64,000 bases of DNA from a virus (Duplodnaviria; Caudoviricetes), in the IMG/VR virus record IMGVR_UViG_3300028805_000055, positions 64,001 through 128,000 of that record. The stretch is one strand, 5' to 3'. The translations under genes were made by a program, and so were the position numbers. Positions 45,513 to 55,024 of this stretch are shown one piece after another. Every line of letters begins with the position of its first letter. The first letter of the stretch is position 1. Under the pieces are notes generated by a model, which made no database searches, was not told the origin of the DNA, and saw only the letters and a program-made list of their open reading frames with translations.

Positions 45513-46199
45513 TTACTCCAGTCTTTTACATTCTTCTTCACTAAACGTCGAATGAAGCTTCTCAAGCCACCATTTAGTCTTGACCTTGGACATTGGAAGC
45601 CTCTGTCCTGGAAGCCTCGTAGAACGCTTTAAAACCACTCCCTCCTTGACGTTAGGATACCTACAGCCTTCCTTAGTCCAGTCATTTTCCTGTATTGACT
45701 GTACGAAGTCAGCGGTGAGCTTACCGACATACACAACGTCTGGTGTCTCAACCCTAGCATCCTCACAGAAGATGTCAATGAAGTCATTCGGTTCTACAAA
45801 TCCTTTCTTCTTGATGAATACGTCAAACAATCCCAGGTGCATTTCATCACCAGGCTGGTGAAATCCAGCAAAGCTATGCTCTCCGTACCACTCAAAGAAC
45901 AGGGTCAACTCCTCAGCACCATTGAAGATGCCATGTTTTCCAGAGTTATTGACAATGATATCCCTAAGAGCTGTTTCGTAGTTCTGTTTGAAGAATCTCA
46001 CAGCGTCACCGAACTGCTCATTGGTCTCGTCCACAAGTTGAGTCCTTGACCCAAATGTGGTAAACTGTTTCTTTGTTAGACCCTTGGGAGTGTATTTCAC
46101 CCTAAAGTTCTGACCGTCCAGCTTGTTGAATGCCACTACCTGTTCACCTTTAAGCGTACCGTCATCCAATAGCCTTGGTATACTTGCATATTCTTTCAT
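45513..46199 (-). CDS. RNA ligase (Rnl2-like nucleotidyltransferase)
   Basis: KLDGQN, FFEWYG, LFDV, EGVVLK, KVK. Confidence 0.8.
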   Translation of the reverse strand: MKEYASIPRLLDDGTLKGEQVVAFNKLDGQNFRVKYTPKGLTKKQFTTFGSRTQLVDETNEQFGDAVRFFKQNYETALRDIIVNNSGKHGIFNGAEELTLFFEWYGEHSFAGFHQPGDEMHLGLFDVFIKKKGFVEPNDFIDIFCEDARVETPDVVYVGKLTADFVQSIQENDWTKEGCRYPNVKEGVVLKRSTRLPGQRLPMSKVKTKWWLEKLHSTFSEEECKRLE

Positions 46200-46211
46200 A
46201 TTATCTAATAG

Positions 46212-46736
46212 TTATAAACCACCCAGAAACTTTCCTCTCATCCTGGCATATCCAGACAAAGCCCTTTTCAACCTATGTATTCCAGGAGAGTTTCTTACAA
46301 GACGCTTCATGGCATATATGATAGCTTCTCTCTGAGTAAGCCCAACTCCACTGCCATAGGAAAAGAAAGGGAATTTCATATATTCACCATCATGAAGGGG
46401 ATAGGCACATGCCTCATAGCCAATAATAGGTTCTTTATCGTCTGAAAACCTTATACCTTTTGGCTCAAGGACAACCCTCACTCCCTTAGATTGAAGTTTA
46501 TCAATAAGTTCCTTGACAGAATCATCTATTGTGAAGTCTACCTTTTTGAAACAATTAACAGCTTCATTTTGAATATAGAGAAGATTATTCCTGTCATCGT
46601 AGAGACGTTCAGCACATACACCACATTTATACACTTTACCACGTGTGAACTTAGCATCACATGGTACATACCAACTATCAATATACATTATACCAGTATT
46701 CTCATCGGTACAAACGTAATACTCTCCTACTTTCAT
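46212..46736 (-). CDS. hypothetical protein, paralogue of the next ORF
   Basis: shared L-x-D...F...ID-x-x-x-x-KG-x-x-V-x-x-x-P pattern. Confidence 0.7.
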   Translation of the reverse strand: MKVGEYYVCTDENTGIMYIDSWYVPCDAKFTRGKVYKCGVCAERLYDDRNNLLYIQNEAVNCFKKVDFTIDDSVKELIDKLQSKGVRVVLEPKGIRFSDDKEPIIGYEACAYPLHDGEYMKFPFFSYGSGVGLTQREAIIYAMKRLVRNSPGIHRLKRALSGYARMRGKFLGGL

Positions 46737-46772
46737 ACGTTATCCGAATCTGTAATAATACATTCCGTCAGC

Positions 46773-47429
46773 TCACATACTAATCCTGCTGGCATCGAAA
46801 GCACCGAAATACATGCGCTTCGGTCTTATTACACAGCTCCTTACTCTGCATGCAAGACTACTCTTGAGTCTAAGCTTTTTCCACGCTTTGACTATTCCAT
46901 CCTCCTGGGTCTCCACCTCATTAACTGTTGCATTGGCATAGATTGACCTATCACCTAGTTTTAGTAAGGTCATACATACATTCCATTTGATGATGAAGTC
47001 ATCAAGCGAATATGTAGGAGTTTTTTTAGCCTCTTCTTTCATTACAGCAACAGGACTTATTGACACAGTGATACCCTTTCCTCTCATAATGTCAATTCTC
47101 CTTTGTGCCTCAGCAGTTATCTCATAGTTGAACTCCACGAAGTTATGGTAATTCTCCTCAGTTATTCCTATCGGATTAGAAAGAGCATCTGTGAGATAAT
47201 TGTCAGCCTGGGACATGTAGTACTGTCCAATAAAGAATATAGGGTCTGGTTTCCACTCAGCATAACTAGGAGTTAAAACATTTCCATCCATAGTCATACG
47301 ATAATAACAATTAGTAACAGAGTGGTAATACGTATCTATGAACTGGTTACGTAGTTTTTCCTTCTCTATCTCTTCCTGTGTTTTTACGTAAGCTCCGACA
47401 CACAGATAAAGTTTGTTTTTCTCAATCAT
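46773..47429 (-). CDS. hypothetical protein
   Basis: 218-aa ORF. Confidence 0.7.
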   Translation of the reverse strand: MIEKNKLYLCVGAYVKTQEEIEKEKLRNQFIDTYYHSVTNCYYRMTMDGNVLTPSYAEWKPDPIFFIGQYYMSQADNYLTDALSNPIGITEENYHNFVEFNYEITAEAQRRIDIMRGKGITVSISPVAVMKEEAKKTPTYSLDDFIIKWNVCMTLLKLGDRSIYANATVNEVETQEDGIVKAWKKLRLKSSLACRVRSCVIRPKRMYFGAFDASRISM

Positions 47430-47443
47430 ATCTATTTAACTAT

Positions 47444-47911
47444 TTAGCATCCAGCAGCCCTTCTCTTGGTGATGGTATACTTACCGAAAGAATCCCTTAC
47501 ATATAGCTCTGGATATATGAATCCACTTATAGTGAAAATTATAGTCCTGTTGCTACGTGAGAACCTTAACGTGTTGCCATCATACAGGTATTCAAATGTA
47601 TACACCCTGGAGTCAACACTACCAACAGCCTTGAATGTGATGTCACACTTCCTGGCATTGATGAATGAAATCCACTGCATCTGGTATACAACATTTGGCT
47701 GTCCGTCAAGTATCTCGCCTATTCCTCTGATGTTCATGTCATAGGAACACTGCCAGCCTCCAATAAGCATATCTGCATAGAAGGCATCATTCTTTGAGTT
47801 ATAGGAGCTGTTGTAGTAGCCCTTCTCAAACTTTCTCTCATTGAACTCGTTGTATGGACAGTCACATGCCCACAATGCAACAAGTGATATGAGTAATAAA
47901 ATCTTCTTCAT
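47444..47911 (-). CDS. lipoprotein (lipocalin-like)
   Basis: MKKILLLISLVALWA-C lipobox, LIGGW motif. Confidence 0.7.
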   Translation of the reverse strand: MKKILLLISLVALWACDCPYNEFNERKFEKGYYNSSYNSKNDAFYADMLIGGWQCSYDMNIRGIGEILDGQPNVVYQMQWISFINARKCDITFKAVGSVDSRVYTFEYLYDGNTLRFSRSNRTIIFTISGFIYPELYVRDSFGKYTITKRRAAGC

Positions 47912-47915
47912 GTCT

Positions 47916-48272
47916 TTACCACGTTAATAGTTTAATCTCTTTGTTCCTAACAGGAATCTTACTGCCTCTCTTGTATATAAGCTTTGTCTTCTTGTTATAA
48001 ACATAACCATGAAACTTGAGTATGTCGCTTATCTTGCGATATTCCCTCTCAGTAATTTTGGTCACGTCAATAGCATCCCTAGCAAATATCCAGCCATTGA
48101 TAACTGGAAAGTCAGATAAGCCTATGAAGAAGCTACAGAACATTCTTGGGGCAATACCTGTGTTGTCACTGTCATACTCTAATGGAGCAGTAGCAATGAT
48201 GTGTCTTCCACCATAACGTAATTTCACAAACGCCATGCCCTGTGTGGCTTCCTTTAATTCAGCTAATCTCAT
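47916..48272 (-). CDS. hypothetical protein
   Basis: C-terminal L-x-x-HG-x-x-YN-x-K shared with 48779..49138. Confidence 0.7.
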   Translation of the reverse strand: MRLAELKEATQGMAFVKLRYGGRHIIATAPLEYDSDNTGIAPRMFCSFFIGLSDFPVINGWIFARDAIDVTKITEREYRKISDILKFHGYVYNKKTKLIYKRGSKIPVRNKEIKLLTW

Positions 48273-48288
48273 TATCTGGTTATGGTAT

Positions 48289-48795
48289 TCAAATCTGGTT
48301 TATTTCCTTAAGTCTCTTCCTGGTCTCGTCAAGAACCTTACCAAGCAAGTTCTGTCCCCTCCAGTTTGACTCGTCATCCAGGGCAGTAACTTCGTCACAG
48401 CCAATACCCCATAGTTGGTCCGTTGGGCTGGCTTCAACAAAGCCCTTGCCATCAAACTCCTCGCTGAGGATGGTCTTCTTAAGTTCCTCGTTCTGCGTGA
48501 ACTTCAACAGGTTGGCATCAAGCATGATGCCAAACCTCTTCTCGTTCCACACCTTATCGTCGTAACCCTGTACCTTCCTACCCATAGCCTTAGCTGTACG
48601 AGGGTTAGAACCGAACTTGACAATCTGTTCAGCCATCTTGGTGTCACCGAAGGTAACAGCCTTCATGAACATGAAATACTGCTCGGAGTTATAGAACTTA
48701 TACTCCTGTCCGTTTACTGTGGTGGTAAATGTGGCTGAATACCAATTGGAAGGCCACTCACCCCAAAAGAATACGTGCTTATCTGTTACTCTCAT
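48289..48795 (-). CDS. NADAR (YbiA-like) family protein
   Basis: SNWY, SEQYFMFMKA, KFTQN, VEASPTDQLWGIG, GQNLLG. Confidence 0.92.
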   Translation of the reverse strand: MRVTDKHVFFWGEWPSNWYSATFTTTVNGQEYKFYNSEQYFMFMKAVTFGDTKMAEQIVKFGSNPRTAKAMGRKVQGYDDKVWNEKRFGIMLDANLLKFTQNEELKKTILSEEFDGKGFVEASPTDQLWGIGCDEVTALDDESNWRGQNLLGKVLDETRKRLKEINQI

Positions 48796-49138
48796 AATCT
48801 TTTACTTTTATTATTTGTTTCTTTTTTCTGTTATATCTTAATCCATGATTTAATAGAATTCTGGAGAATTCAAGTATATCATTTATATTTGGTCTCATAA
48901 GTGCATCATACTGCGTATTGAAACCAAAGGAATTATAATAATCGTTATACTCGCCATTAAAGTCTACTAAGAAGTCTACACCAATAACGGCAGCATACCC
49001 AGAAGAATTTAAAATAATATTATTTTCATTAGGCCATATGACAAGCATATAGTTTCTTTCGTAGTCGCAATATGGTGTAACTATCTTGACGATATCGCCT
49101 TCTTTTGGTATGAATTCCTTAATCATATCTTCTATCAT
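48779..49138 (-). CDS. hypothetical protein (probably leaderless)
   Basis: TACCTTTGCACT-ATG. Confidence 0.7.
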   Translation of the reverse strand: MIEDMIKEFIPKEGDIVKIVTPYCDYERNYMLVIWPNENNIILNSSGYAAVIGVDFLVDFNGEYNDYYNSFGFNTQYDALMRPNINDILEFSRILLNHGLRYNRKKKQIIKVKDYESNR

Positions 49139-49140
49139 AG

Positions 49141-49174
49141 TGCAAAGGTATAAAAAAAACGTGAGATAACCAAA
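49141..49174 (-). promoter_or_regulatory. Bacteroidota sigma promoter
   Basis: TTTGG...TACCTTTGCA. Confidence 0.8.
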
Positions 49175-49258
49175 TATAAAATATTAATTTATGTTTTTTA
49201 AAAGTTAAATATTGTTATTTTTTGAAATGTTGTACTATTTATAATAAAAAGGTTTAGT

Positions 49259-50362
49259 ATGAAAAAAAGGAAATTAACCTATGAATTTTGTGAAAAGATA
49301 GCAAAACAATTCACAAGAAAAGTAGATTTCGAGAAATTTGATATGTCTGCTTATGTGACATCAGTTAGAAATGGATGGATTAACAATTGGTTTGATAGGA
49401 AAATTAAACCAAAAAATTACTGGACATATGAGAAATGTGAAGAGTGTTCTAAACAGTTTAAATATTATACTGAATTTAGAGACTCAGAATATTTGTCAGT
49501 TTATTTAAAATCCAAAAAAAATAAATGGATTTATGACTGGGATTGGCTTATTAATGACCTTGCTGAATTTGATAAAGACGCAAAAATACATTTAATTTAC
49601 ATCTATATTTTCAAAGATACAAACTATTTCTATGTTGGGAGAACTATGCAGTTAAAACAAAGAGATTATGCCCATAGGCATAAAATAAGAAAAAGGCATG
49701 GAGAAATATATTTAGATGCTGTTCAAAAACATTCAAAAGAAAATAATATAGATATACCTCAACCAATTGTTCTAGAAGAACATTTAACAGTTTCTGAGTC
49801 AAAAGAACAAGAGCATTTTTGGCTTGAACATTTTAAAAAGAAGGGTATGATTCCATTAAATACAGCTAAAACAGGAAAAAAATATAGTTCAATTGGAGGC
49901 GGCAGGCAAAAATGGACATATAATAGAGTATATGAAGAAGCTAAAAAATACCAGCATAGAGGGGAGTTTTATAATGGTTCTACACAAGCATATAGAGTTG
50001 CATTAAAATACAACTGGATAAATGATTATGATTGGATGACTTTAAATGGTACACCTCCAGGAACTTGGACATATGAAAAAGTTTATAGTGAAGCAATTAA
50101 ATACAAACATAAAACTGATTTTAAGAAAAATTCTACACTAGCTTATTCAGCAGCTATAAGACATGATTTTATGAAGAATTTTACTTGGTTTAAACGCCCT
50201 AAAAAAGAAAAAAAATATGATTTTAAAGAAGATGAAATGCTTTTAATTTTTAAAGAATATGTAACGAAAAAAGATTTTTATACTAAGAATGATGCTTTAT
50301 ACAGATATGCATTAAAAGAACATAGAGAACTTTTAAATAAATATTATAAAAATAGGGGGTAA
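49259..50362 (+). mobile_element. free-standing GIY-YIG-like homing endonuclease with helical repeats
   Basis: LIYIY...YVGRT-x-x-x-x-x-R-x-x-x-H...E-x-x-W...LN; repeated WTYE-x-x-x-x-x-AK units; very AT-rich; only plus-strand gene in its region. Confidence 0.75.
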
Positions 50363-50376
50363 TCAGCCCCCTATTT
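50350..50376. terminator. bidirectional hairpin terminator at the endonuclease/pncB junction
   Basis: AAATAGGGGG-TAATCAG-CCCCCTATTT. Confidence 0.7.
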
Positions 50377-51595
50377 GTTTAAGAAGATATTCACATTTTT
50401 CTTTATTACCAAGAGTTTTACCTTTGTCGTTTGAAAGTTTAACACAGTCATGCCACTCACGAAGTTCGGTGATTCGCATTCCAACGAGTTTAATGACGAT
50501 ATTAGAATATGGGAACTTCTCCCCAGTTTCAGAATTGGTCACGTCAGCACAAAGGTGCGTTCCAATTCCATAGGAATCCTTCATACGCCCATTAAGCCAC
50601 TCATGAAGTTCAATTGCCTTGTCAATGGTAAGAGCATTAGAGTAGACGATAGATTTTGTTGCTGGGTCAATGCCAAGCGACTGATACTTTTCAATCATCT
50701 TTTCAGTCTCTTCTCTCTCGTCACCGCTATCAATGCGGATACCATCGAACATCTTAGCCATCTTCTTGGAGAAATTAGATAAGAATACCTTAGAGCCGAA
50801 ACAATCTGGAAGGAAAATACCAAGGTCTCCATCGTAAACGTCAGACCACTTCTTCATCACTTGATAGTTACACTCAAAAATACCACTTACACATTCCTCA
50901 AAAGAACAAATCTGATGAGACATAGTTCCAATTGGAACAAGACCAAATTCTTTAGCAAACCAAACATTAGATGTACCAACAATTTTTCCAGGATAGTCTT
51001 TTTCTTCTCCGTATTTTTTTGCTTCGGCTAATGCTTTCACCACATCATAGTGGTTTTGGAAATCAAACCTTCTTCTAGTTCCCATGTCACTAAGCAAAAG
51101 TCCATTCCTTAATGCTTTAATGCTTTTTTCCAATGTTTTTTTATATTCATTGTCCCTGTTAACCTTCTCAATATCGCCATTGAGAATATGCATCAATTCA
51201 GAAATGGTAGAAAGAATTGGCATTTCCCACATGATGGTGGAATACCATTTACCTTCAATCATAATTGATAAATAGCCACTTTGGTCTTGCAAGATATGTA
51301 CATCAGATGGATTAAATCTGAAACCACGAAGGAAATTGTAATACCATTCTGGCAAGAAATAAACCTTTTTCTTCATGAACTCAATTTCTTCTTCTGTGAT
51401 AACAACATCCTTCATGGCGTTAATTTGTTCTTGGAGTAATTTACCAAACCCTTCTGGATAACGAGTATGGTTGCGGTCAAAGAATGAATACCTTACTTCC
51501 GCACGTGGATACGTCTGTAAGATGTAATACTGACAAGTAAATGTATAAAGGTCGTTGTCAGTAAAATGATTAATAATTCTTCTTATTTCTTTCAT
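50363..51595 (-). CDS. pncB: nicotinate phosphoribosyltransferase
   Basis: DNDLY-x-FT, DMGTRRRF, GTSNV, GTMSH (phospho-His), DGIRIDSGD, YGIGTHL, KLSND-x-GK. Confidence 0.92.
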   Translation of the reverse strand: MKEIRRIINHFTDNDLYTFTCQYYILQTYPRAEVRYSFFDRNHTRYPEGFGKLLQEQINAMKDVVITEEEIEFMKKKVYFLPEWYYNFLRGFRFNPSDVHILQDQSGYLSIMIEGKWYSTIMWEMPILSTISELMHILNGDIEKVNRDNEYKKTLEKSIKALRNGLLLSDMGTRRRFDFQNHYDVVKALAEAKKYGEEKDYPGKIVGTSNVWFAKEFGLVPIGTMSHQICSFEECVSGIFECNYQVMKKWSDVYDGDLGIFLPDCFGSKVFLSNFSKKMAKMFDGIRIDSGDEREETEKMIEKYQSLGIDPATKSIVYSNALTIDKAIELHEWLNGRMKDSYGIGTHLCADVTNSETGEKFPYSNIVIKLVGMRITELREWHDCVKLSNDKGKTLGNKEKCEYLLKQIGG

Positions 51596-51618
51596 GTTAT
51601 TTAATGTTTAATGATAGC

Positions 51619-52026
51619 TTATTTTAAGCCTAGTTTCTTGATTTCAACAGTGGTTGTTTCACCTTTTAGTTTTCTGAGGGGGTAAACCTTGACTGGTTTT
51701 AGCCCATTAATACCTATAACGAAGTTATGACCCTGCATTGACCTCACATGACATATGATATTTCCCTTATATTGGTAGTGTTCCAAGGCAGCAACGAATT
51801 TAAACACATGTGGTCTGTTTACTGCCATAGCTTGTCTGTTAGTATTAAAACCATGTGACTTCTGTTTGCCAAAACCGAAAGCATTGAATGCAGTTGTGAA
51901 ATTACTATAGTGTTCACCCCAGTCAGCCACTTCTACAAGGTCTCCTGGTCTAAAGGGAAATGTTTTGTAAAGTTTCTCGCCATTTTCAAGCTTATAGGTG
52001 AATTCAAGCTTACCATCGTTCATCAT
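51619..52026 (-). CDS. hypothetical protein
   Basis: 135-aa ORF. Confidence 0.7.
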   Translation of the reverse strand: MMNDGKLEFTYKLENGEKLYKTFPFRPGDLVEVADWGEHYSNFTTAFNAFGFGKQKSHGFNTNRQAMAVNRPHVFKFVAALEHYQYKGNIICHVRSMQGHNFVIGINGLKPVKVYPLRKLKGETTTVEIKKLGLK

Positions 52027-52258
52027 AATAATCCTCCTGTGGCTCTTCTACAACCTGTTGTGCGGGTTGGGTGTTATACCTATCATACACAGCAGGTGCT
52101 ACTTTTCTCTTATAATGAGACTGTGATGCTTCGCCAATCCAAGTTACGCTCTGGGTGCATCCAGCAACAGAGAGAACAACGAGGATTACCTTGAATAGTG
52201 TCCTCGTTAAATCTCTCATAATCTCCTGGTCTAGAGACCTATCGTTTCTTTGTACCAT
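52010..52258 (-). CDS. small lipoprotein-like protein
   Basis: VILVVLSVAG-C lipobox-like sequence. Confidence 0.55.
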   Translation of the reverse strand: MVQRNDRSLDQEIMRDLTRTLFKVILVVLSVAGCTQSVTWIGEASQSHYKRKVAPAVYDRYNTQPAQQVVEEPQEDYYDERW

Positions 52259-53136
52259 GTGTTAAACTCTTCAAATTCATCATCAGTGAACTCACTACGC
52301 ACACGCTGGTATTCAATATAGTCAACGTATTTAACCTTGACTATGATGCGATTACCACGTCCATCACACATAGGGATAACAGGACGAGCCACAATACCTT
52401 CCTCAATAAGGGTTGGGTCAGCAGCCCTGTCAAACTTGGTTTTGAAGCCCTTCATAACCATCTGCTCAATGTCACGCAGGGTCATATTGCCGATATAAGG
52501 CACGGTCTCCAGCTTGAGTGTCTTGCACATTTCGTCACGCATATCCTTTGGCAACCACCAGCCCTGCTGACGAATGTCGAATACAAGGAAGCCATTGCCA
52601 TTCTGTATATAGCGTCCACCACCCTTCTGAACACCAGAGCCGAAGTACTCGCCATAGATGTAGATGGGGACTTCCTCAAGGCCGACGATATATTGTCCGT
52701 CCTTTGATGGGTTAACCTTTGTAATGTCAAGTGGGTCAACCATATTACAGTTCCAGTACTCTATCTTATTGGTCTCCTTGTCTTTCACCTGTGTGAAACG
52801 TGCTGTCTCTTTCGGGAACATAGCACGAAGCATAGGATGGATGCGGTCAGCAATCTCCTGGAGCATTTCGAACTGTCCATGCTGTGAGGTTGCATTGTCT
52901 GACTTACCGCCTACTTTGATGACACCAGTAGAGGGGTAGAAAGCAATCTTGGAGTTAGTACCGTCAATCTTGCTGTATGCCTCCCACAGGTTGTCAAACA
53001 GATACTTAGCCTCGATGTTTGAGAACTCACCAAGGATAATCTTGTTTCTGAACTTTAACCACTTCTGGTTGGGGCATTCATCACCCTTGAACTGATACCT
53101 CTTATACATGGTATCGATTTTTGTATATGTCTCCAT
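52231..53136 (-). CDS. RNA ligase (Rnl2-like nucleotidyltransferase)
   Basis: KIDGTN, YGEYFGSGVQKG, LVFDI, EEGIVARP, RIIVKVK. Confidence 0.85.
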   Translation of the reverse strand: METYTKIDTMYKRYQFKGDECPNQKWLKFRNKIILGEFSNIEAKYLFDNLWEAYSKIDGTNSKIAFYPSTGVIKVGGKSDNATSQHGQFEMLQEIADRIHPMLRAMFPKETARFTQVKDKETNKIEYWNCNMVDPLDITKVNPSKDGQYIVGLEEVPIYIYGEYFGSGVQKGGGRYIQNGNGFLVFDIRQQGWWLPKDMRDEMCKTLKLETVPYIGNMTLRDIEQMVMKGFKTKFDRAADPTLIEEGIVARPVIPMCDGRGNRIIVKVKYVDYIEYQRVRSEFTDDEFEEFNTWYKETIGL

Positions 53137-53140
53137 TATT

Positions 53141-53467
53141 CTAATCTTCTATTTCTAAATCTAATTCTTTTAGTAAACTCTCATAGAGACAGATAAGGTT
53201 ATAAGTGTTCTGCGAGAACTCGACGAATGTCTTATCATCCTCGTCAATCTCGAACATCTTCTTATCAGTCAGTATGAACATACCGTTCTGCTGCAAGAGC
53301 AGACCTGTTATCTTTCTGTTACCGAAACTGAACTGGTTGGCTTTCTTAAACTTTACCAGCCCACTTGTTGCCAACAAGACAGCGATGTCTCTTACGATGT
53401 TACACTTGAGCATGAAAACGCTCTGCTCGTGTAATGTTCTGTAATCTATGATATCTTTTCTGTTCAT
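53141..53467 (-). CDS. hypothetical protein (probably leaderless)
   Basis: TACTTTTGCACC-ATG. Confidence 0.7.
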   Translation of the reverse strand: MNRKDIIDYRTLHEQSVFMLKCNIVRDIAVLLATSGLVKFKKANQFSFGNRKITGLLLQQNGMFILTDKKMFEIDEDDKTFVEFSQNTYNLICLYESLLKELDLEIED

Positions 53468-53469
53468 GG

Positions 53470-53503
53470 TGCAAAAGTAAGCAGAATTTTCGAGATAACC
53501 AAA
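53470..53503 (-). promoter_or_regulatory. Bacteroidota sigma promoter
   Basis: TTTGG...TACTTTTGCA; heads the ligase-pncB gene run. Confidence 0.8.
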
Positions 53504-53512
53504 TTTAGCTAG

Positions 53513-54154
53513 TTAAAACTTGTTAAATGTTAGGTAAATCAGATAAACTGCAAACACAATACCATGTATTCCTATCATTATGAAGGTGAGCGTTGGGGAT
53601 ACGATGTACATAATCCACGCCATAAAGATATAGAACAGTGAGGTAATCGCTATAGCACCATACCAGGCAACAGTAAGTTCATTAGGTACTGGCTTATGAG
53701 TCTTCTTATACTCCTCGTAGTAGTCTTCACAGTACATACTGGTTACATCCTCTACTGATAGTTTATGCTCTCGTCTGATATCGCTGTAACGGCTATTAAG
53801 CATACTTCTCAATATAACCAACCTTCTAATGATAGGGATGTTAAGCACTGCCTTATACTCGTGACCATGTTTGGTCATGAAAGACAGTCCACAGAACTTA
53901 ATGGTTGGATTACTCTTCATCTTCTTAATGACAATAGCATCCTCACTTTTCTCGTCACGATTCCAAGGATGAAGAACATGTCCCTCCATTGGGTTGAAGC
54001 TCAACTGAAAATTGAAGAACTTCTTTCTCTTTTTAAGGACACGATAGGTCTCTTTAACAATGGATTTTGATTCCTCCGTTGCCTCCTTATCAAGACCCTT
54101 ATGCTGATATCCTATGTTGAATGGTTCTACATTAAATGGTACACTATTCTTCAT
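53513..54154 (-). CDS. membrane protein
   Basis: two C-terminal TM helices. Confidence 0.7.
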   Translation of the reverse strand: MKNSVPFNVEPFNIGYQHKGLDKEATEESKSIVKETYRVLKKRKKFFNFQLSFNPMEGHVLHPWNRDEKSEDAIVIKKMKSNPTIKFCGLSFMTKHGHEYKAVLNIPIIRRLVILRSMLNSRYSDIRREHKLSVEDVTSMYCEDYYEEYKKTHKPVPNELTVAWYGAIAITSLFYIFMAWIMYIVSPTLTFIMIGIHGIVFAVYLIYLTFNKF

Positions 54155-54371
54155 CAGTTATTTCTTTAAGCAGTTTTTTCCAACCAAACACCCTAGCAAA
54201 TAGACTAGCCTCAGTGATGTTATCGAGCATTTCCTGCAAGTTGTTTATACGCTCATTATATACCTCAATTTGTTTCTTGGAGTCAGCCCAGGACTTTTCA
54301 AGAGATTCTATCTTCTCTTTCATGCCCTTATACTCCTCCATTGGTATTTCTATCCTAGCCATACTATACAA
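54144..54371 (-). CDS. coiled-coil hypothetical protein
   Basis: 75-aa ORF. Confidence 0.65.
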   Translation of the reverse strand: MYSMARIEIPMEEYKGMKEKIESLEKSWADSKKQIEVYNERINNLQEMLDNITEASLFARVFGWKKLLKEITDEE

Positions 54372-54939
54372 GTTCTACTCTTTCACTGTTAGCAATGAAA
54401 TCGGTGAATGCCTGTGCAGTGTCCTCTGCGATAGCAGGGCAGAAATCCTTGAACACCACGAACTTCACATTAGGCAAGTAACGCAGACCATCCTTGACGG
54501 TATCAGCAACGCAGTAGTCATAGGCAATACCTCCGACATGAATCTCCTCGATGCCAAGTGCCTCAACCATTGCAAGAATCTTCTTGCGTGACTCCTCGTT
54601 CTTGAAGACTGAGTATTCCTCGTGGTCTTCGTCGCATCCCTTAGTGAATACGGTGAAGTTAGGACAGGTCTTCATAACGTCATACAGAGGCTGGTAAATA
54701 GCAGCATCCTTTGTGAACTGTTCACAGTGGTTAGGCCATATTCCACCATTCTCCTTGAATGAGCAATGGGTTGATGGATGCCAGTCTACAGTCTCTCCTA
54801 CTGCTGCATACTTATTCCCATTTTTAGAAAGGTACTCAGCCTGGAGGTCTCCACACTTAGTTCCACCTGCTACTGCAAGGTTTCCACCCTCACGAAATCC
54901 ATCCTGGTTATCAATACCAAGGTACATTATTTTACTCAT
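54364..54939 (-). CDS. pncA: nicotinamidase/pyrazinamidase
   Basis: IDNQDGF-x-x-GG-x-LAV, DWHP-x-x-H-x-SF, WP-x-HC, KG...YSVF, IAYDYCV-x-x-T. Confidence 0.9.
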   Translation of the reverse strand: MSKIMYLGIDNQDGFREGGNLAVAGGTKCGDLQAEYLSKNGNKYAAVGETVDWHPSTHCSFKENGGIWPNHCEQFTKDAAIYQPLYDVMKTCPNFTVFTKGCDEDHEEYSVFKNEESRKKILAMVEALGIEEIHVGGIAYDYCVADTVKDGLRYLPNVKFVVFKDFCPAIAEDTAQAFTDFIANSERVELV

Positions 54940-55024
54940 ACTTTTAAAACTATTTTAATATTTATTATATTTTATTTAATAATATTAATATAATATATAA
55001 CTTAATATATACTATTATAATATA

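Noticed and set aside
50363-51595. Nicotinamide PRTase (NARP2 Nampt)
   Set aside because: Length and motifs (D-x-DLY-x-F, GTRRRF, GTMSH, R-x-DSGD) fit PncB, and a nicotinamidase is nearby
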